Shown: positions 25,031 through 38,791 of the stretch, in pieces
Position numbering within the stretch: the stretch's first letter is position 1
Layout: each line of letters starts with the position of its first letter
Assembly (NCBI RefSeq): GCF_031769215.1
Contig: NW_026782299.1
Span: forward strand, 1,736,001 to 1,800,000
Reading direction: 5' to 3'
From: Ylistrum balloti
Taxonomy: Eukaryota
DNA: 64,000 bases
Made by a program: the position numbers and the translations under genes
The notes under the pieces: generated by a model
The model's input: the letters and a program-made list of their open reading frames with translations, nothing else
What the model was told of the DNA's origin: nothing
Databases searched by the model: none

Positions 25031-27728
25031 GCAATAACTCTAATTGTTCATGGATAGACGACAAAATACAGAGTCAGGGTGATTTGGATAGCACACCATC
25101 TAGTATGGGCTAAAAACTTAATATTGTGCATGTACACAAAGGAAATGACTTGATGCCAATATACCGATGTCGAGTAATGACATAAGTCAAAAGTATCAAT
25201 TTGTTCTCTCATATATATACATAAACGATAACCGTGATTTTTGGGGCTCAGATATTTAAGTCCTGGAATCATGCTTCACTCTGTGGTCATCACAATTTTG
25301 GAATGGGTGTTCTAGACTCTCTTGGCACAATTCTACTAATTTAAACCTCAATGAATAAGTGTCTTAAAAGTAGCATCAGAATGGGTAACCGCGGTTTATG
25401 GTTCAGTCAGTACCTCCTGATGAGATTATCCAGCATTTCAACTTTCTGATATTATCAGTTATGATAGTTGTAATCACAGTCAACTTCCTGTACAGCAAAA
25501 GCCCCTCTCACCCCTATTCAATTTTCCATATCCAGACCTCATGTTGATGAAAATAGAATGCACACATCCTCTAAAGTATAACTACTTATTGGTTTTGTTT
25601 TATTTGAATTGTAGCTGTCAAGACTGTAGTAAAATGTACATTATAGACCATTATGAGACCTACCGTGTATATGTCTGATCGAGGGCAGCAATATTTCTGT
25701 TAGTTAAACACTGAACCACATGTACATTACATTCGCAATCTCAACAACAAACGACACAAATGTAGAGTTTTGTCATTGATATGCATAAAAAACATTTGGG
25801 CTTCTTTGAGAGGTTATATCTATAAGTCAATATTGTAGCCAAATTATCATCAAATATCACTAGTATCAGAATATATCAACATGTATCTCCAGAACACATT
25901 GGTAGTTGAAAAGTGAAAGTACAAAATGTAAACATAAGGGTTGGTGACTGTTTACTTAAAACTGATCTTCACTGATCTATATAATCCATAATGTTTATAA
26001 CCATATAAACTAATTCAGTCATTTTTCATCTATGTTCAAATAATAATAGAAATAACAAAACAGAAAAACAATGAAATACTTCATTATTTGACAAAATATG
26101 TTTTAAAATAATCCTGAAATGGCCTGATTTGTTTACAGAGTTGTTACTGGGATACCGCAATGTAGTCAGGGAGAGATTTTTTTACAACTGGTGAAGATCC
26201 AAGGTGCATGGTTCAACACTTCCTCTTTGTGGCAATTTGTATTTCTCAAAAAGAACAGAAATGAGCCAGTTTGTATTGACATGATTGTGTCCTTTAACTT
26301 GTACAATACAGCTTAACCTAAATGTTCTGGATGGCATGTGACAGGCCTATCATAGGTTATTCAGTGAGATAGCCAGCGTGTAACAAGGAGACTCTTTCTC
26401 AAAACTGACCCTACAGACTGTCCTTTGGGGCAATACAGTTATTGCAAAGCTAGCACGCAATAAGCAACAAACAAAAAATCTGAACCAGTAAATAACAGAA
26501 CGAGTGTTTTTATCTAATCAGGATATAAACATTTACAAAGTATAATTAAGTACAATAAGATTAAATCACAGTTCATAATTATCTACTCATCAATTAAGTC
26601 ATAGTAAGCTTAACTAATACATGTATAAGTTTACATTTGTACATACCAGGAATCAGGTACCGGACCCACCCCCCCCCCCCCCCACCAAACTTCCTCTTCA
26701 ATATCTCATGAGTTTTACACAAATAGGAAAAATGTGCATTTGAGACGACAATTTCATGGTTTGTTGTGTTCCTGGTATGCATACACGTATATGTAGTAAT
26801 GATTTCATTGTAGAAGTTTTATTCATAGCCATGAGGAACAATCTTTTGAATGTGTCCATCAATCCAATGAACATTGTTTTGTAATGCTTTGAGCAAATAT
26901 TGATGTTCACAATATTAAATGTAGATCAGGAGGAAAAAATTTAATTAATCCTTGAAGTTCATGATATTGATGTTTACCATAGGCAAAATTTCATTGTACC
27001 TATGACCTCATGCAATTGCCTTAAATCCAAATGACATGGTTTTATATCTTTTCACGTAAATGATGATTGAGAAAAAGTTGATATCTATGACCAGTCACTT
27101 GAAACTTAATTTCACCCTGACTGTGTGTACATGTGAGACAATTACAGTGCTATACAGATATCTGAAGTTATGTTAATTAACATTGCCAAACAAATCAAGT
27201 TACATGTTAATGTATGTATGCAAATGTAGTAAAGGACTTTTATACTTGTACTTTTACGTCTGTGATGAAGCAACCAAGAAATCTAAGGGAATTTTTGTGT
27301 TATTGATTAGGGTTTAATAGGAACTAGTCAGACATGTACAGGTGTATTCTGACTTTTAAGATTATATCACTGTCATGTAATACAAAGACCAGGAAGATGT
27401 AAATAACTTGGAGTGTGCAACACAATTACTTCACACATTTCATTTCCATATCTTCATCCTGGACGGAGAAGTAAATGAAACTGACGAGTTTGATTTAACA
27501 AAATATAAACTTAACTTAATTTATGAATTATTTCCCTTAAAAAAAGTAGTACTAATTTAAAATATTTTACAGTGTAATCACATTAACATTAATTAGTCTA
27601 AAATTATTTGTATTCCTTAATCAATAATTATGTCTGAACTTAAAAATAGCATTTCTTTATCATTAACAGGAAAATGTTGATAGAAAATGTACATTTGGGA
27701 GTAATCACAGTATTACTTGCATACCCAG

Positions 27729-27967
27729 GCCCAACTTGTATAAAACATCTCATCTTGAGATTTCCTCAAGTCAAGATTTTCCTCAGCTAATATCTCCTTG
27801 AAAATATCTTGTATGAAAATTCCTCAAGGAATTTCAGGACATCCTAGCCGATGCCTTCCTCCTGTTCCTTGAGAAAATTTTATACAAGCCGTTTTTGACG
27901 AGATATCAGATGAGGAAAATCTCGACTTGAGGAAATCTCAAGTTGAGATGTTTTATACAAGTGGGGC
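27729..27967. mobile_element. PIF/Harbinger-like MITE, about 68-bp terminal inverted repeats, CAG target-site duplication
   Basis: CAG|GCCCAACTTGTATAAAACATCTCATCTTGAG...CTCAAGTTGAGATGTTTTATACAAGTGGGGC|CAG; 3-bp CWG duplications are known for some Harbinger elements. Confidence 0.8.
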
Positions 27968-28174
27968 CAGGTATATATCAGTATATAGTTTGTTTGCTGG
28001 GTTAATCGTCCCATTGACAGTCAGGGTCATTTTCTGGCAGGCTCTCAGCTGGTGACTGCCTCACCGAACAACATCTGGGAGGCTTGTCACATGCCATTGA
28101 CAGCAATTCAGATGAAAAATGTGTCTTGCCCAAACAGACAGTCATGACACTTACTAGACAGTTTCTCAATATCT

Positions 28175-29030
28175 GCACTGTAATTAATAAGTTACCAGAT
28201 CTGTTTCTCAGTTTCAGTATTGTAATTAGTAAGTTACTAGATCTGTTTCTCAGTTTCAGTATTGTAATTAGTAAGTTACTAGATCTGTTTCTCAGTTTCA
28301 GTATTGTAATTAGTAAGTTACCAGATCTATTTCTCAGTTTCAGTATCGTAATTAGTAAGTTACTAGATCTGTTTCTCAGTTTCAGTACTGTAATTGATAA
28401 GTTACCAGATCTGTTTCTCAGTTTCAGTATTGTAATTAGTAAGTTACCAGATCTGTTTCTCAGTTTCAGTACTGTAATTGATAAGTTACCAGATCTGTTT
28501 CTCAGTTTCAGTATTGTAATTAGTAAGTTACTAGATCTGTTTCTCAGTTTCAGTATTGTAATTAGTAAGTTACCAGATCTGTTTCTCAGTTTCAGTACTG
28601 TAATTGATAAGTTACCAGATCTGTTTCTCTGTTTCAGTACTGTAATTGATAAGTTACCAGATCTGTTTCTCTGTTTCAGTACTGTAATTGATAAGTTACC
28701 AGATCTGTTTCTCAGTTTCAGTATTGTAATTAGTAAGTTACCAGATCTGTTTCTCAGTTTCAGTATTGTAATTAGTAAGTTACCAGATCTGTTTCTCAGT
28801 TCCAGTACTGTAATTGATAAGTTACCAGATCTGTTTCTCAGTTTCAGTATTGTAATTAGTAAGTTACCAGATCTGTTTCTCTGTTTCAGTACTGTAATTG
28901 ATAAGTTACCAGATCTGTTTCTCTGTTTCAGTACTGTAATTGATAAGTTACCAGATCTGTTTCTCTGTTTCAGTACTGTAATTGATAAGTTACCAGATCT
29001 GTTTCTCTGTTTCAGTACTGTAATTAGTAA
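28175..29030. repeat. 42-bp tandem repeat, about 20 copies
   Basis: Unit AAGTTACCAGATCTGTTTCTCAGTTTCAGTATTGTAATTAGT; produces the repetitive ORF 28084-29046. Confidence 0.95.
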
Positions 29031-29109
29031 GATGATTCACATATGACTGTTTATAATCTTTAAAGTTCTTCATTTGATTGCTGATATTATCAGTGTGATT
29101 GGTACATAT

Positions 29110-29700
29110 ATATTGTGAACTTTGAAAAAGACATTGATGTCAGTAAAGACAAAAAATTGTCATTTGATAAACACATATCCGAGAAAGAGAATAAAGTTCT
29201 CAATAATGCAGCTCCACAGCAAACAATAGAGTATAAAAACTTGGAGAGCTTTAAGTTGTTGTATACGTATTTGGCACATTGAATATGCAAATCAAGTCTG
29301 GTGCCATTACCAAGAAAAGCACACAGAAACAATGGAAAATGTTCAACGTCAAGTAACAAAGCAAGTACATGTGTCTAAACGACATATTATACACCGAGAG
29401 ACTACAGAAACTACCAACACTAGCATATAGGAGATTTTTTAGTGATTTGATCGAGGTCTACAAAATACTGTCTATGAAATATGATTGTGAAGTGTCAGAC
29501 ATATTTCAAATCAGGAAAGATTCATCAACATGTGGACAGGAGTTTAAGAATTATAAAAAAAAAATTTAGATTAAATATCAAATATTTTTCATTTACACAA
29601 ACAACTGCTGATAAATATGGAACAATCTTCTGTCAAATGTTGTCAATTCAAGCACTGTTAAGCAATTTGAATATAAATCAGATGAATACTGGAAATATCA
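29110..29700 (+). mobile_element. Degenerate CR1-like LINE 3' fragment (reverse-transcriptase C-terminal region)
   Basis: Broken frames give EKDI, LSFDKHI, IEYANQVW, MENVQRQVTK, YTERLQKLPTLAYRR, DLIEVYKIL and WNNL, the usual CR1 ORF2 C-terminal motif order, with frameshifts and stops. Confidence 0.85.
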
Positions 29701-30364
29701 AGCACAAAATATTTGTTTTAAAGGACAAATCAAACTGTAAATGTTACAACATTTTAAAGTGATATTTTTATTTCAGAGCTGACTGTTAAGGATTGTAAAA
29801 ACCTATTTTGTTAAAATAGAATCTATGCATCTATCTATGTATTGTGAAGCATGGTGAAATGGGTCACAGCTCATTTAAACATTATGATGAACTAAACACC
29901 CCTCCTCTCCCAACATTTCCAATGGTAGACTGAAGCTGCCTTATATTTTGTCTTCAGCTGATTTTTTTTCATTTCATTTTTGTCAGTTTACTTCAGTTTC
30001 TTCACACATGATAGCACTTGAAATAACAGGAACAGGGTAGGAACATCTAGGGCGAGGCAGTGGACCTCGCTTTAACATCACTGTCAAGTGAAACATTTTA
30101 CTATCTATCATTACATTACATTATTAGTAATTAACCTTAACATCTAGGGTGGACCTCATTTAACCATTGCGGTGAAACACATTACTATTTTACTAATTAA
30201 CCTCAAAATCTAAGGTGGGGCCATGGTGCTCACTTAATCATTATAATTCATTATAATTTCCCTACTACTGTTCTATATTATCGTACATGTGGACAAACAT
30301 AATTAAATAAGCTTAAAAGAAGTGAAGTTAAGACGCATCAAACATTTTAATTAACCCTAATGAT

Positions 30365-30600
30365 ACACTGAACAGCAGTTCACTTTACCATTGGATTTAC
30401 TTCACTATGCAGATTTTATTTCACCCCAACGGTACATTGAACTGCAGTTCACTTTACCATTTGCTTCATTTCACTATGCAGGTTTTATTTCACCCCATGG
30501 TACATTGAACTGCGGTTCACTTTACCATTGGTGTCACTTCCCTATGCTGGTTTTATTTCACCCCAACGGTACATTGAATTGCAGATCACTTTACCATAGG
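30365..30600. repeat. About 69-bp tandem repeat, about 3.5 copies
   Basis: ACATTGAACTGCAGTTCACTTTACCAT... recurs at 30365, 30434, 30502 and 30571. Confidence 0.85.
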
Positions 30601-32212
30601 CTTCACTCTGCCATACTACATCCAGATTTGACCATTGTAGGAGACATGGTCGATTTCTAATCAATAGGATTTAAAGATCTTAAACAGGTAAAAAGTGCAA
30701 ATTACATAAAAAAAAACAAAAAAAACAGAAATAACAAAAAACATTAAAAAATTCAAATTTCAACATAATAAGTTTCCTTTTTTCAATTCCTTACCTATTT
30801 TTGCTCATTTACAATAATAATGAAATAACTTTCCCTAACTTGTGACACTTTGCAATAAACTTACATTTATCCTGCAACTGGTATTGCCATTTAAGGAATA
30901 CAACTGCCACATATATTTTTGCTGTATTCAGCAGTGACAAAAAACAACTGTAATTTAGAATGTGCAGTATTTTGAAAGAATTACTCTCTGAATTTACTTC
31001 AATGTTACAATTAGAAATATAAATAGTTGTTGAAATAGGCGATTTTACATGTTGAAATAATAAACATGTTGATTTATGAAAATTTGTAAAAAAGCTGTTA
31101 TATCCAGGTAAACAAAGTTTTAACAACAATTCTGCTTGATTCAATAGTCTGATTTTCAATCAATGTTGTAGGATGAATAGAAGATATGGTCAGTGTGTTA
31201 AAATATAAGCTGTATATATCATAATGTCAAAAATACAATTAGATAAAAAATTTAATATGTCCAGGTACAGTCACTGGCTACTTGTTCAATATTCATTCAT
31301 ACAGCCTATGCTTGTTTACAAACTTGTAGTGTTATGTCCTTTACATTTAGAACCTAAACAGAAACAACAAAGAGAAATAATTAATTGTGAATTAAGTGGG
31401 GGGAAAACTACCTGTATCAAGCAAAAACTGAAATAAATACTTCCAATGAACTAGTAGAGCTGATCATGAGATTTCTTTTAGACACCTGTTGGTCAATTTC
31501 GTCACTGATATCTTGAATAATATGTTCGGGCCTAAAGTTAAACATGATAAACACAGTAACAAAGAGGACGACACATAATGGCTCAGAGAGTCTCCCAAGC
31601 CTAGCTGGAGGAGCAAGTTACGAACACAATAACATTGCAATGCTTGTTGATGTTACGGACTTTGCAGTATGGCAACAAAGAGTCTTGTCGACTTTCCTAC
31701 ACCTTCAATGCGGTGTAGCTGGCATTGCAGACGTATGAAATACGAGCCGTGATACGTGCATATCAATGGCCGCATGTATACACACACCGGCATCCTCGCA
31801 CGGCTGACAGCCCAAATGTTCAGAAAGTCGTTCCGAAAGTTACAACATAACAATGGTTTAGTAATGATATACTCTATACATTTAAAAATGTACAAGTATT
31901 ATCAATGGTTAACAACACGTAAGGTATATAACACAATCGATCTGTTGGTGATTAATCCAAGTGACTATGTTAGCGAAGGGCACACAAAGAGAGAAAGAAG
32001 CCATCTTTGCTGGCAAGAGAGAGCTCACACGGTTGCCCATGCTGCAAACATGTCGATACTATGGTCGAATCAGGCATGTATCATACATGAAAAAGATACA
32101 GGAACAAACAGGAATAACCTATCTTTAACATGACATAAGATAATTACGTAATTGTATCCAAAACGAGAAGAAATACACATACAAATGAACAGGAAGGCAA
32201 CCGTACACTTAC

Positions 32213-32340
32213 CTCGAGCGGCTCGGCTTGCTCCGTGTCACGGCGAGGCCGCTTAGGTCATTCGCATATTGATTAGAGCCGTAAACGGGACGAGTGCCCA
32301 AATCGAAGGTAGGCCTACTGCCAATTCCTGTTCAAAGACA
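32213..32340 (-). other. Probable non-coding first exon and promoter of the zinc-finger gene
   Basis: CpG-rich patch ending in donor CGAG|GTAAGT at 32213; would give a 7.7-kb first intron to the 24486 acceptor. Upstream boundary is approximate. Confidence 0.5.
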
Positions 32341-35086
32341 CTACAAGATGACGCCTGATGTAAATAATATTTCCACAAATATTTAAGTAGAATTAATGAA
32401 ATCGTTTTATACAATAAATGTACATTCATTTCAAAAGTTTAGGTGAGCTACATGCAAGATTGTGCAGGCCTAACTTCTAACACTCTTTGATAAATTTTTG
32501 GCGCTACGGAAAAAAACATCAAAACAAACGGGTTTTAGATTACAAAGAATCCGTCGAAAATTCCAAGCATACCTTAAGTGGTATTAAGTTTAAACAATCG
32601 CCGAGCATGGGTATTACAGCCACTTTTTTACCGATATCCATAAAGCAACTGAATACCCATAAGTCATGTACGGATGTCCATAAATTATTTCAGATACTAA
32701 TAACTATATTTATTGATAATGTAGAGTAGCCTTCCCATCATTAGATAGAACCACATGATGACAACGAAACCTTGGTTGGCATTACATTGGTCACATGAAG
32801 TACAGAGACGTACATAATTAAGGTAAAAATGACTGATTATAACGGTGAATAGTCAGTAACATTTTGGGGATGTGCTCTGGATTTCTACAGTACCGATAGC
32901 TATTTATCTGAACAACATGCAGGAAGTTTGTCGCATGCTATTAATAGGTGTGTAAGATATATTGCCTGTTTTTGTTTTGTGAGTAGGGTAGTGTGGTATG
33001 GATGAGAGGTTTATGCCGGAATATCTTGATAAGTGAAAAATCAAATCGGCATACAATGACCAAAAGCTATTTCACGTATTTAAGAAATATTGAGTGTGCT
33101 AAAACGGATGTTTATCACCACAAAGACGGTGATTGGTTAAGAAGGATATCCTAGACCATAACCTTACTCAATATAATTTACTTTAAAGATTCGGATAGAT
33201 TCTCCAAGCCTGAGTTAAGTAATATCCGTAACAAATCAGAAATGACCTTGTCGTGGTTGATAATCTTATATATTACACATCCTTTATGTCAATAATTTGT
33301 CAAACCCCGGTGAACATATGGAACAATTAATATATCTTATTTACACAGGTCAACATGTCCGTGACACGATGTTAGAAATGATTTACCATACAATTTCTAT
33401 TTGATTATTATAAATACAGAACTGTTGATGGCAGTACATAGCATAGGAAAGTAAACAGAATGCTGTTTGTTTATCAGAAAATTATATTATTTTTGAGTTT
33501 AAAAAACCAAATTACACACAAATATCTATACAAATATATTACATACATACAATCATTAATTTTTTTTGGATCAGTGGATTGTCATCCCGGGTAACTGATT
33601 AGAGTAATTTAATTAATGGATTGGAGAGAATTTTTAATTTATGTCTACTTTAATTTCCCTCAGATAAATCTATCATCATCACATGGTATATATATATATA
33701 GATCGTGTTAAAATCAATAGACTGGGTAAAGTTTTACATTCTCGTATTAATAAATTATCATTCCTGTAGCAGACTCGTAAATTGAAGAATGACATGGATC
33801 TTTGTCTGTCTCTAGGCTAGTAAAGGCATCGAAGGATTAACATACCAAACAAATACAATGGATGACAGATTTCGATGCCTGACATAAAATATATTGTACT
33901 GAAATCTACGTAAGGACCTTGGAAATATTGATGGATATATGGGTCTTTTTTTATAACCCAGTACAAAGCCGAATTCTTAAAAAAAATATTTTAGTCAATA
34001 TTCGCCAGACAAGTAAACAAGAGGTTCCATGATCGAACCCTGGCAGAGGCATTGAAAGATAATATTAATTGATTTTCATTAAATATGAGTAAACCAGTAG
34101 ATCTCGCCTTGGTAGTCGATAGTTCGTGATCTCGTTTTTTATTCATATATTTACATATTGTCATTCCAGAAGCTATGTTAAAAAAGAGGCCATGGAACCC
34201 TGTTGGGTAAATCACGCGTGTTTCTACGTACAAGATTGTATTAAATCTGCCATTGGAGTGACGTCATCGCATTTTCACTTATATACGAAAAGATGCATTT
34301 TGATATCCCAGAGTTACCGCCCTTCGTTTCACTGTGACGTCATAGCCATAAGAATGGAACGGCGTTGTTGTTTTTCAAGCTCATAAAAACGGATCGTTTC
34401 AAATAATTAGATTTACCACCAGTGGTATTATATGGGAAAATACCCGTAGATATACCATTATGAACTGAAGATCCTTTATCTGTAGACTCGGAAGGGTTTG
34501 GCTATATTGGAATTAAGCATGTTTTTATTACATGTCATTTGTAATAGGATTGGGAACAAGTCTTACAACTTATACAAAGCCCTATCAGTAGACAGATAAT
34601 CTCAACCTGTGGTCGAATCGCAGTTTGAAAGTGATCGAACTGACTACAGTTTACGGATCTTCTTCATACATAGCAGTACTTCCAAGTGGTCCGAGGATTG
34701 GCTGTGTGACTCGACTGTAGGTTCTGTTGTATAAAAAAGGAACATTGTTATTCTTAGGCTTCGCTTATGGAAATAGACCTGCCTCGGGAAACCCAGAATT
34801 TTTTATGCCCCTCCCCCGTCCACGCTACCACTATCATATATTTAGATCAAATGATATAATGACTTAAATTGTACGTGTTTTTTTTGCGTAAAATAACAAT
34901 GCCAGCTTTAGATAAATAGATAAATAAATAAATAAAGTAACGCCTATACAACAGCATTTTAAGAAACATATTTGTTTAAACTTGTATTGTTTGATTTTAT
35001 TTCTTTGTTTAAAAATGCCATGACATAATGATATATATACTCTTTATTTTAAACAGAGTTACGGTTCTTTGCGGTCAGTCTGATCC

Positions 35087-35166
35087 ACCTCACTATTAAG
35101 ACCGCCTCGCTATTAAGACCACTTTTGTCCAGTCCCCAAAGTGGTCTTAATAGTGAGGTTTCACTG
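35087..35166. mobile_element. Small inverted-repeat (MITE) remnant
   Basis: CCTCACTATTAAGACC...GGTCTTAATAGTGAGG-TTTCACTG; the right end reads CAGTGAAACC in reverse, a Tc1/mariner-like terminus. Confidence 0.55.
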
Positions 35167-36469
35167 ATTCAGATTATAAAATAATTCAAAATCATTAATA
35201 AGATATCCAAATAATGAAGCATGTTATTGAGGCCAAGATATGTTAATTTCGTGTTTATATGTCTCGGATGATTGTAGGGTAGGAACAAAGAGAAATGCAG
35301 AAGACATTGTTGACAGAGGAATTCATTGAAATGTTGAATTTAAGAGGAATTCTTCCTGGTCCCATTCAGATTATCAAATTCTTTTCAACTTTAAGTTTAT
35401 TTTACTTTACATTTATTTATTTTCGTTTTCATTCGCTGAATAGCTGAAGCTGTCATACATACACGTAGTACCCGACAGAATAGTATGGCGGAATTCATTG
35501 CACAGTTTGTCAGATATAGTTTAATTCCAAGTAACTACACTGTCCTTTTTTAACAGTTAATGTGATTTAACTAATTCAATAATTACAACTCATTTTTCTC
35601 CTATATTCGTCAGTAAGATTTATAATGATTTAAAATGAACTGATACCAAGGATTAATGACTTAAGTGATATGTACACTTCCTTGATTCACCCTAGTTAGC
35701 CAAAAAAAGTATAGTGAGAGTTGTTTCCCTTCAGTCATGACTGTTGTACGAGACAAAATGTACACGGTTTTAATAAACCGTTTAGTAAAATTTATGTAAC
35801 CCGGCCTCTCTGTTATCCAAAAATATATACATTCTCATAGGATGAGTTAGTCCTAGCACAATCAATATATGTACCGCTCTCAATTAGAAAAAAATGTAGT
35901 GTTTGTGATATTTCAAAAGATTTTGTTAGAGTTTTGCATATGTGTTTATTGGTTTAATTACAATCGTTTGGCACTTCAGGCGAATTATGCTTCTAGTTGG
36001 AAATTATTCAACTTAAAGACGCCAAAAGTGTTTTTTCTCCTCTCTGGTTATAATTATTTCTATTCTAGTGTACTTGTACCTATGATATTGCAATTGTCTT
36101 TCAATCAGCCTCTATTGGCAGTTGAGACACCGTTATTTAAGTCATGGTCTTGTTTTGAAAATCAAGAAACTCTGAATAGAAATCTAGATAGGTTAAACTC
36201 GTTGGCTAAAACTTGGTTTTATATTGAAGTTAGACAAGTGAGACGTGTACTACCAACGATGTAGGTAGTGTGCGAGATGGTCAGGAATCGACTCACTTTT
36301 TCAGCTGTACAATAATCCAATGTACACTAACCACACTAACCACACTGGTAGTTTGTCTGATGAAAGTGACCGTGTAGTCATCTAAACGTCACACTCTAAT
36401 CTTCCGTTGTTTTAAACCTTGTTCGCATGTGCGAACGTGACATTGCTTACTTGGATTGACCAAGGTTTA

Positions 36470-36900
36470 CCTAGCGGATGTCGCCAATGAAGCAGAAGAC
36501 GCTTACTCTTCAGAAACACGTGGTCTTATTCTCCTTGTACTTTTTCAGGAAGCTCCCTGTAAATCTTTATTTTGTTCACATTTTGCCCCAGTTTTATGGA
36601 ATTTGAGTTTAAATTATGATTATGTTGTCATAGTGGTATTTTCTTGATTAAAAAAAAGTATAGTACAATTTGTGAATGGTGACAGCCCACCAGTGATGCA
36701 TAAACAACACGCTGGATTGAAGCTTGTTGTCCTTGTGGAACACATTATCTTATTCTACTCACGTGCTTTCCTGATATGGTATTCTCGTTTAATTAAATTG
36801 CTATTTTGGATTTCGACTGTGTTAACATTCCTGTTCTTTCTATATTGTCGCCATAAGGTGAACCTTTCTAATATTCATTGATGTAAATTGGTACTAGGAA
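36470..36900 (+). repeat. Interspersed repeat family copies (GACGCTTACTCT...AACACCTGGTCTTATTC motif)
   Basis: Related reverse-strand copies at about 40680-40900 and 50330-50540; ORF-track peptides LWNLSLNYDYVVIVVFS and LLNLSLDYNYVLILVFS are homologous. Class uncertain, possibly derived from a Penelope-like element. Confidence 0.6.
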
Positions 36901-36924
36901 GTGTAGCATTGCTATATTGACACT

Positions 36925-38207
36925 AGGTAATGAACCAGTCTTTTATAGACACCAGGTGGTGAACTATTTCTATAAAGACACTAGGCGGTGAACTATTCTA
37001 TATAGACACCAAGTGGTGAACTATTTATTTTTACACACCAGATGGTGAACTATTCTATATAGACACCAGGTGGTGAACTATTTCTATAAAGACACTAGGT
37101 GGTGAACTATTTCTATATAGACACTAGGTGGTGAACTATTTCTATATAGACACCAGGTGGTGAACTATTTATTTTTACACACCAGATGGTGAATTATTTC
37201 TATATAGACACCAGATGGTGAACTATTTCTATATAGACACCAGGTGGTGAGCTATTTCTATATAGACACAGGTGGTGAACTATTTCTATATAGACACTAG
37301 TTGGTGAACTATTTATTTTTACACACCAGATGGTGAACTATTTTTATATAGACACCAGGTGGTGAGCTATTTCTATATAGACACTAGGTGGTGAACTATT
37401 TCTATATAGACACCAGATGGTGAACTATTTTTATATAGACACCAGGTGGTGAGCTATTTCTATATAGACACTAGGTGGTGAACTATTTCTATATAGACAC
37501 CAGGTGGTGAACTATTTATTTTTACACACCAGATGGTGAAGTATTTCTATATAGACACCAGGTGGTGAGCTATTTCTATATAGACACAGGTGGTGAACTA
37601 TTTTTATATAGACACTAGTTGGTGAACTATTTATTTTTACACACCAGATGGTGAACTATTTTTATATAGACACCAGGTGGTGAGCTATTTCTATATAGAC
37701 ACTAGGTGGTGAACTATTTATTTTTACACACCAGATGGTGAACTATTTTTATATAGACATTAGGTGTTAAACTATTTCTATATAGACACCAGGTGGTGAA
37801 CTATTTCTATATAGACACCAGGTGGTAAACTATTTCTATATAGACATTAGGTGTTAAACTATTTCTATATAGACACCAGGTGGTGAACTATTTCTATATA
37901 GACACCAGGTGGTAAACTATTTCTATATAGACACCAGGTGGTAAACTATTTCTATATAGATACCAGGTGGTGATTTATTTCTATATAGACACCTAGTGGT
38001 GAACTATTTCTATATAGACACCAAGTGGTGAACTATTTCTATATAGATACCAGGTGGTGAATTATTTCTATATAGATACCAGGTGGTGAACTATTTCTAT
38101 ATAGACACCAAGTGGTGAATTATTCCTATATAGACACCAAGTGGTGAACTATTCCTATATAGACACCAAGTGGTGAACTATTTCTATATAGACACCAGGT
38201 GGTGAAC
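36925..38207. repeat. About 29-bp tandem repeat, about 44 copies
   Basis: Unit AGACACCAGGTGGTGAACTATTTCTATAT, with recurring variant TATTTATTTTTACACACCAGATGGTG. Confidence 0.95.
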
Positions 38208-38580
38208 CATCCATTTAATGACCACCTCTACGTTGACCAATCCAATATTCTTCTTCAAAGAAAAATAAGAGAGAACTCTCAGCAGTTAAATGTACTTGTA
38301 GGCCAGTCGATTTTCGGATATGACGGTACCAACATAATATACCTGCTGTTTGGATTAAAAAAAAACGACATACACGTGTATATAACAGCAAATAGTTACC
38401 GGTTCAACGTTACCCACACGTGACCGTATTCTTGGTCAGTCAGAGTTTTACAAATGCTCGTATATCTCGTTATCTCCTTAGATCTACGTATTTCCCATTA
38501 TCTTTTATACGAGCCTTAAATACGAACTCTGACCTCTATCGATCCTTATCCTACTTGATATTCCACCAGTGCCTAACAAA

Positions 38581-38791
38581 ATGTACCGTTATGTCCTTGC
38601 ACTGTCCTTCGTGTACCTCGTAGGTCCGACCTCCGCCAAGGACCGTCGTATTTTGATGACCGATCCCGCTTATGTGGCCCATGAACTAGACCGTCTAGAG
38701 TCCGAACTACAACAGCTCCAAGCTAAAGTCACCACCCAACAACACACCATAGACAGCCAACAGTCGACTATCACCACACTTACCAGTCAAG
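38581..38791 (+). CDS. Short-chain collagen C4-like (spongin SSCC NC1-domain) protein, exon 1: signal peptide and coiled coil
   Basis: MYRYVLALSFVYLVGPTSA signal-like segment, heptad-like ELDRLESELQQLQAKVTTQQHTI; donor CAAG|GTATGT, phase 1. Confidence 0.85.

Noticed and set aside
28084-29046. 320-aa ORF of KLPDLFLSFSIVIS repeats
   Set aside because: By-product of a 42-bp satellite (multiple of three, no stop in one frame); the track start is TTG and it lies antisense in an intron.
34020-34060. tRNA gene (GGTTCGATC T-loop-like motif on the minus strand)
   Set aside because: No cloverleaf or A-box could be built; at most a SINE remnant.
36925-38207. CRISPR-like appearance (about 29-bp palindromic repeats)
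   Set aside because: Units are contiguous with no unique spacers, there are no cas genes, and the context is eukaryotic.
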